Shown here piece by piece: positions 16,281-24,866 of a DNA stretch of 32,000 bases. How positions within the stretch are numbered: the stretch's first letter is position 1; every line of letters begins with the position of its first letter. The translations under genes and the position numbers were made by a program. Below the pieces are notes generated by a model. That model had not been told where the DNA came from, did no database searches, and saw only the letters and a program-made list of their open reading frames with translations. The DNA is taken from positions 1,740,001 through 1,772,000 of the forward strand of contig NC_002937.3 of the NCBI RefSeq assembly GCF_000195755.1, read 5' to 3'. Origin of the DNA: Nitratidesulfovibrio vulgaris str. Hildenborough. GTDB lineage: Bacteria; Desulfobacterota; Desulfovibrionia; Desulfovibrionales; Desulfovibrionaceae.

Positions 16281-17036
16281 TCATGCCAGAATGATGCGGC
16301 TGAAGCTGACAGCCTGCAAAGAAGCGCCTCCTACCAGCAGACCGTCGACATTGTCAAGAGAAAGTAGTTCTGCGGCGTTGTCAGGCTTCACGCTGCCCCC
16401 GTACAGGATGCGTATGGCGGCACCGTCGCGACCGTAACGGGCTTCGAGTAGCGAACGGACAAGAGCGTGAGCCTCGACGACTTCGGCAGGCCCCGCCACC
16501 TTGCCCGTACCGATAGCCCATACGGGTTCGTAGGCCACCACAAGCGACTGGGGTACATAGGTCGCGTCGACATCTGCAAGCCCGACCTGCAGCTGATGCG
16601 CCAGCACGTCTTCAAGCCTGCCAGCCTCACGTTCATCAAGCTTTTCGCCGATGCACAGTACCACACGCAGTCCGGCCTTCAGGCTGAAAGCCGTCTTGCG
16701 CGCGACCGTCTCGTCGTCCTCACCGAGAATATGACGCCGTTCAGAGTGCCCGGTGAGCACCCATCCGCATCCGGCATCGAGCAACATGCCGGGTGCGATT
16801 TCGCCGGTGTAGGCCCCTTCGGTAGCCGGGTAGACATCCTGCCCGCCGATGGCAAACCCCTCGACGTCCTTGAAGGTGTCATGAAGGGCATGGAGCGCCG
16901 TGAAGGGGGGGCACACGAGCACCTCACGGTCTGCGGGCAGTGACCCGGCGACGGCGGACACAAGTTCGCGTCCCGTAGCCCTAGCCTCGTCGATGGTCTT
17001 GTACATTTTCCAATTGGCGGCGATGAGCTTCTTCAT
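16281..17036 (-). CDS. tpiA: Triose-phosphate isomerase
   Basis: 251 aa starting at Met60 of the track ORF. Contains MKKLIAANWKMYK, GHSERR, YEPVWAIGTG and ILYGGSV. Confidence 0.95.
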   Translation of the reverse strand: MKKLIAANWKMYKTIDEARATGRELVSAVAGSLPADREVLVCPPFTALHALHDTFKDVEGFAIGGQDVYPATEGAYTGEIAPGMLLDAGCGWVLTGHSERRHILGEDDETVARKTAFSLKAGLRVVLCIGEKLDEREAGRLEDVLAHQLQVGLADVDATYVPQSLVVAYEPVWAIGTGKVAGPAEVVEAHALVRSLLEARYGRDGAAIRILYGGSVKPDNAAELLSLDNVDGLLVGGASLQAVSFSRIILA

Positions 17037-17055
17037 GGCTACGGCTCCGTTTCTG

Positions 17056-17550
17056 TTATGCGGTGCAGGCATCGCTGCCGTCCGCAAGGTCACACTCGAA
17101 GATGAGAGCGTCTTCTCCGGTATCCTGATAGTAGTGCGGGCGCACCCCGATACGTCTGAAGCCGAGGGCTTCGTAAAGTCCGATGGCAGGAGTGTTGCCC
17201 GTGCGAACCTCAAGGACGGCCCTCGTTATGCCCATTTTGACAGCCACCTGCAACAGGATGCCGAGCAGCCGACGCCCCAGCCCGTGCCTGCGCCGGTCCG
17301 GATGCACCGCGATGTTGAGTATTTCAAGTTCTCCTGCGGCGTGGTACACGGCAGCATAGGCCACGATACGCTCTTGGTCGCGCAGGGCGAACACCGAGAA
17401 TATACGCTGTTCGAAAGCGAGAAGAAACTGTTCTTCGCTCCACGGGGTGCTGAAGCACGCCTGTTCAAGGGCCGCCACCTCCCCCATGTCTTCACGGCCC
17501 AGCCGGACGAACGTTGCGGACTGCGCGCCACGAGACGTGTCACCAACCAT
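17056..17550 (-). CDS. rimI: Ribosomal-protein-alanine N-acetyltransferase (GNAT family)
   Basis: PWSEEQF, ILNIAVHPDRRRHGLGRRLL and LEVRTGNTPAIGLYEALGF match RimI-type GNATs. The start is uncertain: ATG 17550 is chosen by N-terminal length comparison with RimI; ATG 17574 is the alternative. Confidence 0.75.
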   Translation of the reverse strand: MVGDTSRGAQSATFVRLGREDMGEVAALEQACFSTPWSEEQFLLAFEQRIFSVFALRDQERIVAYAAVYHAAGELEILNIAVHPDRRRHGLGRRLLGILLQVAVKMGITRAVLEVRTGNTPAIGLYEALGFRRIGVRPHYYQDTGEDALIFECDLADGSDACTA

Positions 17551-17572
17551 ATCCCTTTCCTTGCGTGTGCTC

Positions 17573-18109
17573 ATGTCCGACACCACTGAATACATCGAAG
17601 TCACGGATGATCAGGACAGACCCCTTGTCATCATGCCCACGAACGAAGCCGGCAGGCAACGTCTGCGCCGCCGGGTCGTGCTGGTGGCACTCTATGACAG
17701 CCGGGGAAGGCTGTGCCTGCAACGCCGTTCGCCGCACAAGCTCATCCATCCCGGATGTTGGGACCTTTCAGCCACCGGGCATGTCAGGGCGGGCGAGTCA
17801 CGAGACGAAGCCGCCCTGCGTGAGTTGTCCGAAGAACTGGCCGTGACTGGGGTACGGTTGAGGCATATCGCGACTCTCGCGGCTTCGCAGGCGACAGCCA
17901 ACACCCACGTCACCCTCTTCGAGGCTTCAGGCTATCGAGGGCTGCCGATTCCGTGCACCGACGAGGTCACCGAAGTGACCTTTACAGACGCCGACGAACT
18001 TCAGGGCCTTATCACCCATTTCCCCGACCTGCTCACCCCCGCCCTTCTATGGGCGGCACAGCACGGTCATCTCTTCCCTTCCGTCACCAGAAGCGACACC
18101 ATGTCCTGA
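17573..18109 (+). CDS. NUDIX hydrolase
   Basis: 178 aa with the Nudix box GHVRAGESRDEAALRELSEELAV. It resembles IDI-type Nudix proteins but lacks the catalytic Cys context (see rejected items). Start is Met43 of the track ORF. Confidence 0.8.
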   Translation: MSDTTEYIEVTDDQDRPLVIMPTNEAGRQRLRRRVVLVALYDSRGRLCLQRRSPHKLIHPGCWDLSATGHVRAGESRDEAALRELSEELAVTGVRLRHIATLAASQATANTHVTLFEASGYRGLPIPCTDEVTEVTFTDADELQGLITHFPDLLTPALLWAAQHGHLFPSVTRSDTMS

Positions 18110-18858
18110 TGCACCAGACCGTTGGTGGCAAGCAACGCCCTGCCGAAGCCATAGGCCGTGCCGTCGAATGACGTGACGGCCCCTCCCGCCTCCTCGACCA
18201 GCAACCACCCGGCTGCCGTGTCCCACGGCTTGAGGTCGTCTTCGTAGAAGGCTTCGTAGCGTCCGGCGGCCACATAGGCGAGGTCCACAGCCGCGGCACC
18301 GCAGCGGCGCACGCCACGCGCCTCGACGAGCACACGCCGTAACCTGTCGACGACCTCATCGACCTTCTCCGAGATGGTGTACGGAAAACCGGTAGCCACC
18401 AGCGATTCGGCAAGGGGCATCCTGCGCGAGACGTGCACCGGTTCCCCGTTGCACCACGCGCCGCCCCCTCGTGTGGCCCAGAAGGTCTCACCCATGACGG
18501 GGATGTCGACGACGCCGAGGGCGACCCCGCCGTTGCGCCACAACCCGATGGACGTGGCGACGAAGGGCACCCCATGCGCGAAGTTGGTGGTGCCGTCGAT
18601 GGGGTCGATGATCCAGCAGTCTTCACCGGGGGTGAGGCTGCTTGCGCTTTCTTCGGCAACGAAGGTCGACCCCGGCAGAACCTGTTCGAGACGAGCCTTG
18701 AGAAAGGCCTCGACGGCCATGTCGGTATCGGTGACGAGGTCTATGCGCCCCTTGAGGCGTACATTGCGGGGGCGCTTCCAGTGCTCGCGGACAAGGTCGC
18801 CACTTTCGCGGACGACGTCAAGCACACGGTGCAGAAGCTCCGTTTCGGGGATGGACAT
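18067..18858 (-). CDS. suhB: Inositol monophosphatase family protein (SuhB-like)
   Basis: Contains FVAEE, WIIDPIDGTTNFAHG and WDTAAGWLLVEEAGG. Its 3' end overlaps the convergent NUDIX gene by 43 nt. Confidence 0.9.
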   Translation of the reverse strand: MSIPETELLHRVLDVVRESGDLVREHWKRPRNVRLKGRIDLVTDTDMAVEAFLKARLEQVLPGSTFVAEESASSLTPGEDCWIIDPIDGTTNFAHGVPFVATSIGLWRNGGVALGVVDIPVMGETFWATRGGGAWCNGEPVHVSRRMPLAESLVATGFPYTISEKVDEVVDRLRRVLVEARGVRRCGAAAVDLAYVAAGRYEAFYEDDLKPWDTAAGWLLVEEAGGAVTSFDGTAYGFGRALLATNGLVHQDMVSLLVTEGKR

Positions 18859-18876
18859 GATCCGCTCCGGGGGAAA

Positions 18877-19899
18877 TCAGTTGATATAGACGCGGCTGAA
18901 GAACTTGCGGTCGTCCAGTGTGCGTCCTGTACCCCGCACCACGGTGGTGAGGGGGTCTTCGTCGATGATGACCTTGAGCCGGGTCTCGCGTGCGACGAGG
19001 GCGTCAAGCCCCTTGAGCAGCGAACCGCCTCCTGCGAGCAGCAGGCCGTTGCGGGCGATGTCACCTGCGAGTTCGGGAGGGGTCTTCTCAAGGGCGCGCC
19101 GTATGGCCGTGAGGATGACACGCACGGGTTCACGCAGTGCCTCGCGGATATGTCCGTCGCTCACACGCACGACCTTGGGCGTGCCCGTCAGCATGTCCTT
19201 GCCGGAGACCTCCATCAGAAGCTGTTCCGGCAACGGAAAGGCCGAACCGATGGACATCTTGATGCGCTCGGACATGTTCTCGCCGATGAGGAGTTGGAAC
19301 TCCTCCTGAAAATACCGCTGAATGGCATGATTCATGGCGTCGCCCGCCATGCGCACCGATTCGGCATATGCAATGGCGGACAGGGAGATGACCGCAACTT
19401 CGGTCGTGCCACCGCCGATGTCCACGACCATGCTGCCCAGAGGCTCATGGATGGGCAGGTTGGCACCGATGGCAGCCGCCATGGGTTCTTCGACAAGACG
19501 CACGTCACGCGCCCCGGCTTGCGTCGCCGATTCGATGACAGCACGCTTCTCGACCTGAGTGATGCCCGTGGGCACACAGATGACGATGCCCGGCTTGACG
19601 ATATTGAAGCCCTTGATGACCTTGCGGATGAAGAACTCGATCATCTGCCGGGTCACCTCGAAATCGGCGATGACCCCATCCTTCATGGGGCGTATGGCCC
19701 TGATGCGCTGCGGCGTACGACCAAGATATTCCTTGGCTTCACGTCCGACAGCCAGCACCGAGTTGCGTTCGGTCTCGATGGCGACCACAGACGGTTCGTT
19801 GAGGACGATACCGTCGGCACGGGTGAACAGCAGCGTGTTCGCCGTGCCAAGGTCCATGGCGAGGTCCTTGCCCAGAAAACCGAACAGCTTGCGCAGCAT
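18877..19899 (-). CDS. mreB: Rod-shape determining actin homologue MreB
   Basis: 340 aa with DLGTANTL, VVDIGGGTTEVAVIS and LAGGGSLLKGLD. No mreC/mreD lies downstream; suhB follows after 18 nt. Confidence 0.9.
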   Translation of the reverse strand: MLRKLFGFLGKDLAMDLGTANTLLFTRADGIVLNEPSVVAIETERNSVLAVGREAKEYLGRTPQRIRAIRPMKDGVIADFEVTRQMIEFFIRKVIKGFNIVKPGIVICVPTGITQVEKRAVIESATQAGARDVRLVEEPMAAAIGANLPIHEPLGSMVVDIGGGTTEVAVISLSAIAYAESVRMAGDAMNHAIQRYFQEEFQLLIGENMSERIKMSIGSAFPLPEQLLMEVSGKDMLTGTPKVVRVSDGHIREALREPVRVILTAIRRALEKTPPELAGDIARNGLLLAGGGSLLKGLDALVARETRLKVIIDEDPLTTVVRGTGRTLDDRKFFSRVYIN

Positions 19900-20939
19900 C
19901 AGGCATCCTCACCCGTGTCGACAGGCTCTGCAGGGGCGGCGAACACGGGAATGCGCCGCTCTACCTGTGCCTGCGGCAAGGTCTGGCGCAGGCGGTTGCG
20001 AAGATACAGGTTCTCGAGGAACAGTGCGAGATGATCGACGCACATGCGCACGAAGTCGCGCATCTCGTCCGGCATGCGACGAGGTTCGGTCTGGGCAAGG
20101 CACAGGACACCGCGCGTGACCTTGTGGATGATGACAGGCAGACACATCACCGAGGAGAAGACGGGCATGTGCACCCCCTTGCCGAACAGCGCGGCGACGG
20201 GGGAACCGTCGGTACCTTCCGAGAAGACAGGGGCGTCGTTGCGGAACACCCAGCCGACGATGCCGTTGCCCATGGGGAACGTCGGCACGTCCCCATCGCC
20301 AAGCAGCATCTGACGGCTTTCGCCTTCGATGGCGTAGTTTTCGCCCGTACCGTCCCGTGATGCGAAGACACAATATTCGAAACCGGTGGTTCCGGCGACG
20401 ATCTTCAGGAAATGATGCAGAAAAAGAGGCCATTTGGTGTAACGGCCCCGCAGTTCATGGACGAGTGACAGGCTGGCGAAGTATTGTGCTACAGACTCCT
20501 GACGGCACTCGCGACTACCTTCGAGATGGATGCCCGCGAGCAGTTCGGTGAACAGGTGCAGCACCTTCTGGTCCTTGTCGGAGAAGGAGTACTGGCGCTT
20601 GCTGTCGATGCACAGCGCACCGCCCCCCCGCACCGGGCACCCCATGAAAGCCTTGATGGTCGCCTCTTCGTTGCTACGGTAGTAGCCGAGGTGGCTCTGG
20701 CGCTGATCGAAGTTGTTGACCAGCAGGGGTTGGCGATTACGGAGTATCCAGCCGACAAGCCCCTTGCCCGGGGCTATGGAGGTTCCTTCCGCGACCATGT
20801 CGCCAAGGCTGAACGAGGCGGCTATGGGATAGACCTCCGCATCGTCACCGGGAAGGAAGAGGACAGCCGAATAGGCATCAAAGACACTGCAGACGATACC
20901 GAGAATATGTTCGTAGCACTGGCGGGTGTTCATATCCAT
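19899..20939 (-). CDS. Tandem GAF-domain protein without a recognisable output domain
   Basis: 346 aa with two GAF-like halves (GKGLVGWILRNRQPLLVNNF... and GNGIVGWVFRNDAPVF...). Its stop overlaps the mreB start by 1 nt (TGATG at 19897-19901). Confidence 0.7.
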   Translation of the reverse strand: MDMNTRQCYEHILGIVCSVFDAYSAVLFLPGDDAEVYPIAASFSLGDMVAEGTSIAPGKGLVGWILRNRQPLLVNNFDQRQSHLGYYRSNEEATIKAFMGCPVRGGGALCIDSKRQYSFSDKDQKVLHLFTELLAGIHLEGSRECRQESVAQYFASLSLVHELRGRYTKWPLFLHHFLKIVAGTTGFEYCVFASRDGTGENYAIEGESRQMLLGDGDVPTFPMGNGIVGWVFRNDAPVFSEGTDGSPVAALFGKGVHMPVFSSVMCLPVIIHKVTRGVLCLAQTEPRRMPDEMRDFVRMCVDHLALFLENLYLRNRLRQTLPQAQVERRIPVFAAPAEPVDTGEDA

Positions 20940-21201
20940 TTCCCTGCCGCGACCGGGTCGGGCGGGTCTATGTTATCGGATAACGGTGGTCTTGCCACCG
21001 GGTGGTGCGCTTCGTCCATTGCTTTAACAAAGCCATACGTTCTACCGCAACAGGCTTTTCAGCCGTCCCGACGTCGGAATGCCAACAATGCCAAGCCAGC
21101 ACTGCACGACCGGGTATTCTGTTTACGGTAGAATTTTTCACGAAAAAAAAATAGGCTTTATGTCCGGGGGGCGAAGTTTCGTCCGGAACATAAGGAGCGT
21201 C

Positions 21202-22938
21202 ATGAAAACCACGTGGAAGAGCCTCTTCAGCAAAAGCGACTTTCCCTGCCGGGAGGACGGCAGTGTGCCGACTCCCCTGCAGTTGGGCACACTCGGGGAA
21301 TTGCGGCGCTTTCTCGACGTGGTCCACATACGGCACTGCCTTGTCCGCCCCTACTTTGAAACCGAGGACTATCCGCTCGTCGAAGCACGCGAACTGTTGC
21401 CATCGTTCGAATCCGACATGTGGGAATACAAGCAACTGCCGGGATTCAGCCTCGTGGCGCTGGCTCGCCCCCTCAGCTATTTTCAGGAGATATTCCAGTT
21501 CGACATCCTGCACCCGGTTCTCGACTCGGCCAGCGTAGCCGAAGGGGCCTCGTGCCCCCTTGAATCACATGTCATCGCCCGCAACGTGCAGACCATGCAG
21601 ATGCGCCTTCCCAAGGCGATGCAGGAGTCTTTCAGGCAGCGCTTCTCGCGCATGGACACCTCCGTCCCCGACTACTATGGCACGCTCACGCCCTACCTGC
21701 TTGCCATGGACAGGGGGCAGGTCTTCGCCCATGACGGATTCGGGCACTTCCATCTCGCCGGTGTGTACGCCTCCTTCCCCTCCGACCTCGACAATGAGAT
21801 CAAGAGATTCGGTCTGCGTATCGGAAAATTCGCCGTGGGCGACGATGACATGTACGAACGCAACAGGCTGTTCGTATACCAGTACCTGATGGAACTGTAT
21901 GGTTTTCCCATCGTTTCGGAACGGCGAACGTCAAGCGCCCTCTTCGCCCGCCGACTCCACAAGATGGGCGAGAAGTTCCTCATACGGGTGCTTGGCCAGT
22001 CCGACCGCACCATCACCACCATCAGCAACGAGGGCGGCACAAGCCACTATCCGCGTCTCGACAAGATTGCGCTCGTCCGAATCGACAGCGACCAGGAAGA
22101 CGCGTTGCAAGCCATCGACGAGATGGGAGCCTTCCTCGACCGGGAGAGGCGTGTTGTCATCATGCGCGTCTCCTACAAGCAGCACCGCTTCAACCCGGAC
22201 AACGTAAGGCAGGACAGAGCCCTTTCGGTGGACAGGCAGGAGATCATCCACCCGCTCACCGGTGAGCCGTTGCCCAACATGAACATCATCAAGGACACCT
22301 CGAACATGTTCCTTCGCCTCAACGACATCGTCCGGGGCGAATACACGGGGCGCATCGTCTACAAACGTACCGAGATCGTCGAGAACACGGATACCGACGA
22401 GAAGCGCCTGAAGTTCCTCTTCTCATGGCTCTCGAAGCATCAGCGGCGGATGATCGGCTACAGCGACGAATTCTTCTCCAACGTCAGCAAGGTGCTCGAC
22501 AACTACCTGCTCACGCCGGACAACTATGAATCGTTCGGGCAACTGCACGACCTCTATCAGGAGGTCTGGGCCAAATACAGCTACATCCAGCAGGCCCGCA
22601 AGGTGCGCTTCCTCGAAGACATCCAGAATCGCCTCTACCGTGGCGAACGCATAGGCTACAGGCGCATGCTGGCCGAAGCCGTGGCCTTGCTGCACGGGCT
22701 GAAATTCGAGATCGTCAGCTATTTCGATACGCTCGTGGCAAGCGTGATTCGCATTGGAGAGGCCATTCTCAATGACAGGTATCTTCTGCGCACCTACATC
22801 GAACGCCGCGACGAGGAACTTACGCGCGGCGGGCAGGAGATACGCAAGAACTATGGCAGACTCGTCTCGCTCATAGACGAATTCAAGGCCATACGCCGCT
22901 CACGTCACGGCAAGCACTCCACGATGACCACCACATGA
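21202..22938 (+). CDS. Hypothetical protein (578 aa), no family recognised
   Basis: AGGAG at 21193-21197 lies 4 nt before ATG 21202 (Met42 of the track ORF). It is a long uninterrupted ORF whose composition looks coding. The protein looks soluble, with no TM segment, P-loop or other motif I can name. Its stop overlaps ATG 22935 of gcvT. Confidence 0.7.
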   Translation: MKTTWKSLFSKSDFPCREDGSVPTPLQLGTLGELRRFLDVVHIRHCLVRPYFETEDYPLVEARELLPSFESDMWEYKQLPGFSLVALARPLSYFQEIFQFDILHPVLDSASVAEGASCPLESHVIARNVQTMQMRLPKAMQESFRQRFSRMDTSVPDYYGTLTPYLLAMDRGQVFAHDGFGHFHLAGVYASFPSDLDNEIKRFGLRIGKFAVGDDDMYERNRLFVYQYLMELYGFPIVSERRTSSALFARRLHKMGEKFLIRVLGQSDRTITTISNEGGTSHYPRLDKIALVRIDSDQEDALQAIDEMGAFLDRERRVVIMRVSYKQHRFNPDNVRQDRALSVDRQEIIHPLTGEPLPNMNIIKDTSNMFLRLNDIVRGEYTGRIVYKRTEIVENTDTDEKRLKFLFSWLSKHQRRMIGYSDEFFSNVSKVLDNYLLTPDNYESFGQLHDLYQEVWAKYSYIQQARKVRFLEDIQNRLYRGERIGYRRMLAEAVALLHGLKFEIVSYFDTLVASVIRIGEAILNDRYLLRTYIERRDEELTRGGQEIRKNYGRLVSLIDEFKAIRRSRHGKHSTMTTT

Positions 22939-24065
22939 CCCATACAACCCTGCAACCCAGCGACAAGGAGACGGAGTTGTCTGACCTTCTGCTGACCCCA
23001 CTCAATGCATGGCATCGCGCCCAAGGTGCGAAGATGGCCCCCTTCGCCGGTTGGGACATGCCCATCCAGTATGAGGGCATCCTCGCCGAACATCAGCACA
23101 CCCGCACCCATGCGGCCCTGTTCGACATATGCCACATGGGCGAATTCGCCCTGCGCGGCCCCGGCGCGAAGCAGGCCCTCGCAAGGGCCGTCACCCACAA
23201 TCTCGAGACGCTCAAGCCCGGACGCTGCCGCTACGGATTCCTTCTCAATGAGGCAGGCTGCGTGCTTGACGACCTCATCGTCTACTGTCTGGCCGAAGAC
23301 GACTACATGCTCGTCGTCAACGGGGCCTGCATAGCGTCAGACTTCGCCGCCTTGCGCGAACGCCTTCCCGCATCGCTGCACTTCGAGGACATCTCCGCAG
23401 CCACCGCAAAACTCGACCTGCAGGGGCCGAAATCCATCGACGCACTGGAGGGGCTTCTGGGGAGGAGTTTCCGCGAACTCGGCTACTTCGCCTTCACGCA
23501 CACCACCTTCGACGGTGCCAATCTCATGGTGAGCCGTACCGGATACACCGGAGAACTCGGTTACGAGCTCTATCTCCCATGGGACAAGGCAGAGACCCTG
23601 TGGACGCGCCTTCTCGAGAATGCCGACGTCAAGCCTGCGGGCCTTGGCGCACGCGACACTCTGCGACTCGAAGTCGGACTTCCCCTCTACGGGCAGGACC
23701 TCGACACGACCCACACACCAGCGGAAGCAGGCTACGAAGGCATGCTGACGAACACCGTCGACTATGTGGGCAAAGGGCGTGACCGTGAGGTGCGCGAGGT
23801 ACTCGTCCCCCTCGCCATTCCGGGCAGGCGTGCGGCGCGGCATGGCGACGCGGTGGCCCTTCCCGACGGCACTGTCGTCGGCGTCGTCACCAGCGGTTCG
23901 TTCGCCCCCAGTGTCGGACATGCCGTCGCCCTCGCCTACGTCAAGAAGCCCCATGCCGAAGAGGACTCGTTCATCATCAAGGCCGCAAGGGTTGAGCTCG
24001 AAGCGAAGCGGGCACCCCTGCCCTTCTACGCTGGCGGCACCGCCCGCATGAAGCTGCAGGGTTGA
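22935..24065 (+). CDS. gcvT: Glycine cleavage system T protein (aminomethyltransferase)
   Basis: TPLNAWHRAQGAKMAPFAGWDMPIQY, ALFDICHMGEF, VSRTGYTGELGYELY and ARDTLRLE match GcvT. The alternative start TTG 22977 has AAGGAG (22965-22970) 6 nt upstream and would give an N-terminus of E. coli-like length. Confidence 0.9.
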   Translation: MTHTTLQPSDKETELSDLLLTPLNAWHRAQGAKMAPFAGWDMPIQYEGILAEHQHTRTHAALFDICHMGEFALRGPGAKQALARAVTHNLETLKPGRCRYGFLLNEAGCVLDDLIVYCLAEDDYMLVVNGACIASDFAALRERLPASLHFEDISAATAKLDLQGPKSIDALEGLLGRSFRELGYFAFTHTTFDGANLMVSRTGYTGELGYELYLPWDKAETLWTRLLENADVKPAGLGARDTLRLEVGLPLYGQDLDTTHTPAEAGYEGMLTNTVDYVGKGRDREVREVLVPLAIPGRRAARHGDAVALPDGTVVGVVTSGSFAPSVGHAVALAYVKKPHAEEDSFIIKAARVELEAKRAPLPFYAGGTARMKLQG

Positions 24066-24075
24066 ACCAGAAAAC

Positions 24076-24108
24076 CGGGGGGCTCTGCCGACGGCGGCCC
24101 CCCTTTTG
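24076..24108 (+). terminator. Rho-independent terminator after gcvT
   Basis: Stem ggggggc (24077-24083) / gcccccc (24097-24103) with an inner gccg/cggc pairing, followed by TTTT (24104-24107). Confidence 0.7.
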
Positions 24109-24116
24109 AGGATAGA

Positions 24117-24866
24117 GTGCGCACGTTCTTTCTGCCTTCCGAACAGTGGTCGCCTCCCTATGCCCTCACCGGGCAGGAGGCGAGACATCTCACAAAGGTC
24201 GTACGCGTACATGCGGGCGACCTCATACGTCTGCTCGACGGGGCCGGACGCGAAGGCGTCTTTCGTGTGACCGGCACCAGTCGCAACAGCGTCGAGCTCA
24301 CGCCCGAATCCATCACGACCCACCCCGAACCTGTTTCACGCGCCGTGCTGGCGGTGGGATGGGGAAAGGCGGTACGACGCAGCTGGCTCATGGAGAAGGC
24401 TGTCGAACTTGAGGCTTCCGCCATCTGGCTATGGCAGGCCGAACACAGCCAGTCCCCCGTGCCGGATGACATCAAGGAGTCGTGGCTCGCCCAGATGGTC
24501 GCCGGAGCGAAACAGAGCGCCAACCCGTGGCTGCCCGCGCTCCAGACACTTCCGGGCGGCATCGAGGAATTGCTGCGGGCATCGTCGGACTTCGAGCGCC
24601 GTTTCATGCTCTGGGAGGGCGAAACCCCGGAAGCCCTTCTTGAAGCCAAGGATGTGGGCGGGGTCGGAACCACCCTTTATGTCGTCGGCCCTGAAGGAGG
24701 ATTCTCCGCCCGCGAGGTGAAGGCCCTGCGAGAAGGCGGCATGATGCCCGTCAGCTTGGGGCAACGTGTCCTGCGATGGGAGACAGCCGCCTTGCTGTGT
24801 CTCGGACTGCACTGGTGGGGAAGACAAAAGCCCACAGCAGGGGCTACCGTCGAGGAGCATCCATGA
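24117..24866 (+). CDS. rsmE: 16S rRNA (uracil1498-N3)-methyltransferase RsmE
   Basis: 249 aa starting MRTFFLP, with VVGPEGGFSAREV and LGQRVLRWETAAL. GTG start with GAGGA 4 nt upstream. Confidence 0.85.
   Translation: MRTFFLPSEQWSPPYALTGQEARHLTKVVRVHAGDLIRLLDGAGREGVFRVTGTSRNSVELTPESITTHPEPVSRAVLAVGWGKAVRRSWLMEKAVELEASAIWLWQAEHSQSPVPDDIKESWLAQMVAGAKQSANPWLPALQTLPGGIEELLRASSDFERRFMLWEGETPEALLEAKDVGGVGTTLYVVGPEGGFSAREVKALREGGMMPVSLGQRVLRWETAALLCLGLHWWGRQKPTAGATVEEHP

Noticed and set aside
17573-18109. Annotating the NUDIX protein as type 1 isopentenyl-diphosphate isomerase (Idi).
   Set aside because: The overall pattern resembles Idi, but the position of the catalytic Cys (E. coli ..SVCGHP..) reads LSATGHV here. 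I kept it as a generic NUDIX hydrolase.
20940-21201. Possible glycine riboswitch upstream of the gcvT operon.
   Set aside because: I could not find the conserved glycine-aptamer elements as I recall them (GGAGAG ... CACCG-type cores) in either orientation. gcvT is also not the first gene of the transcript.
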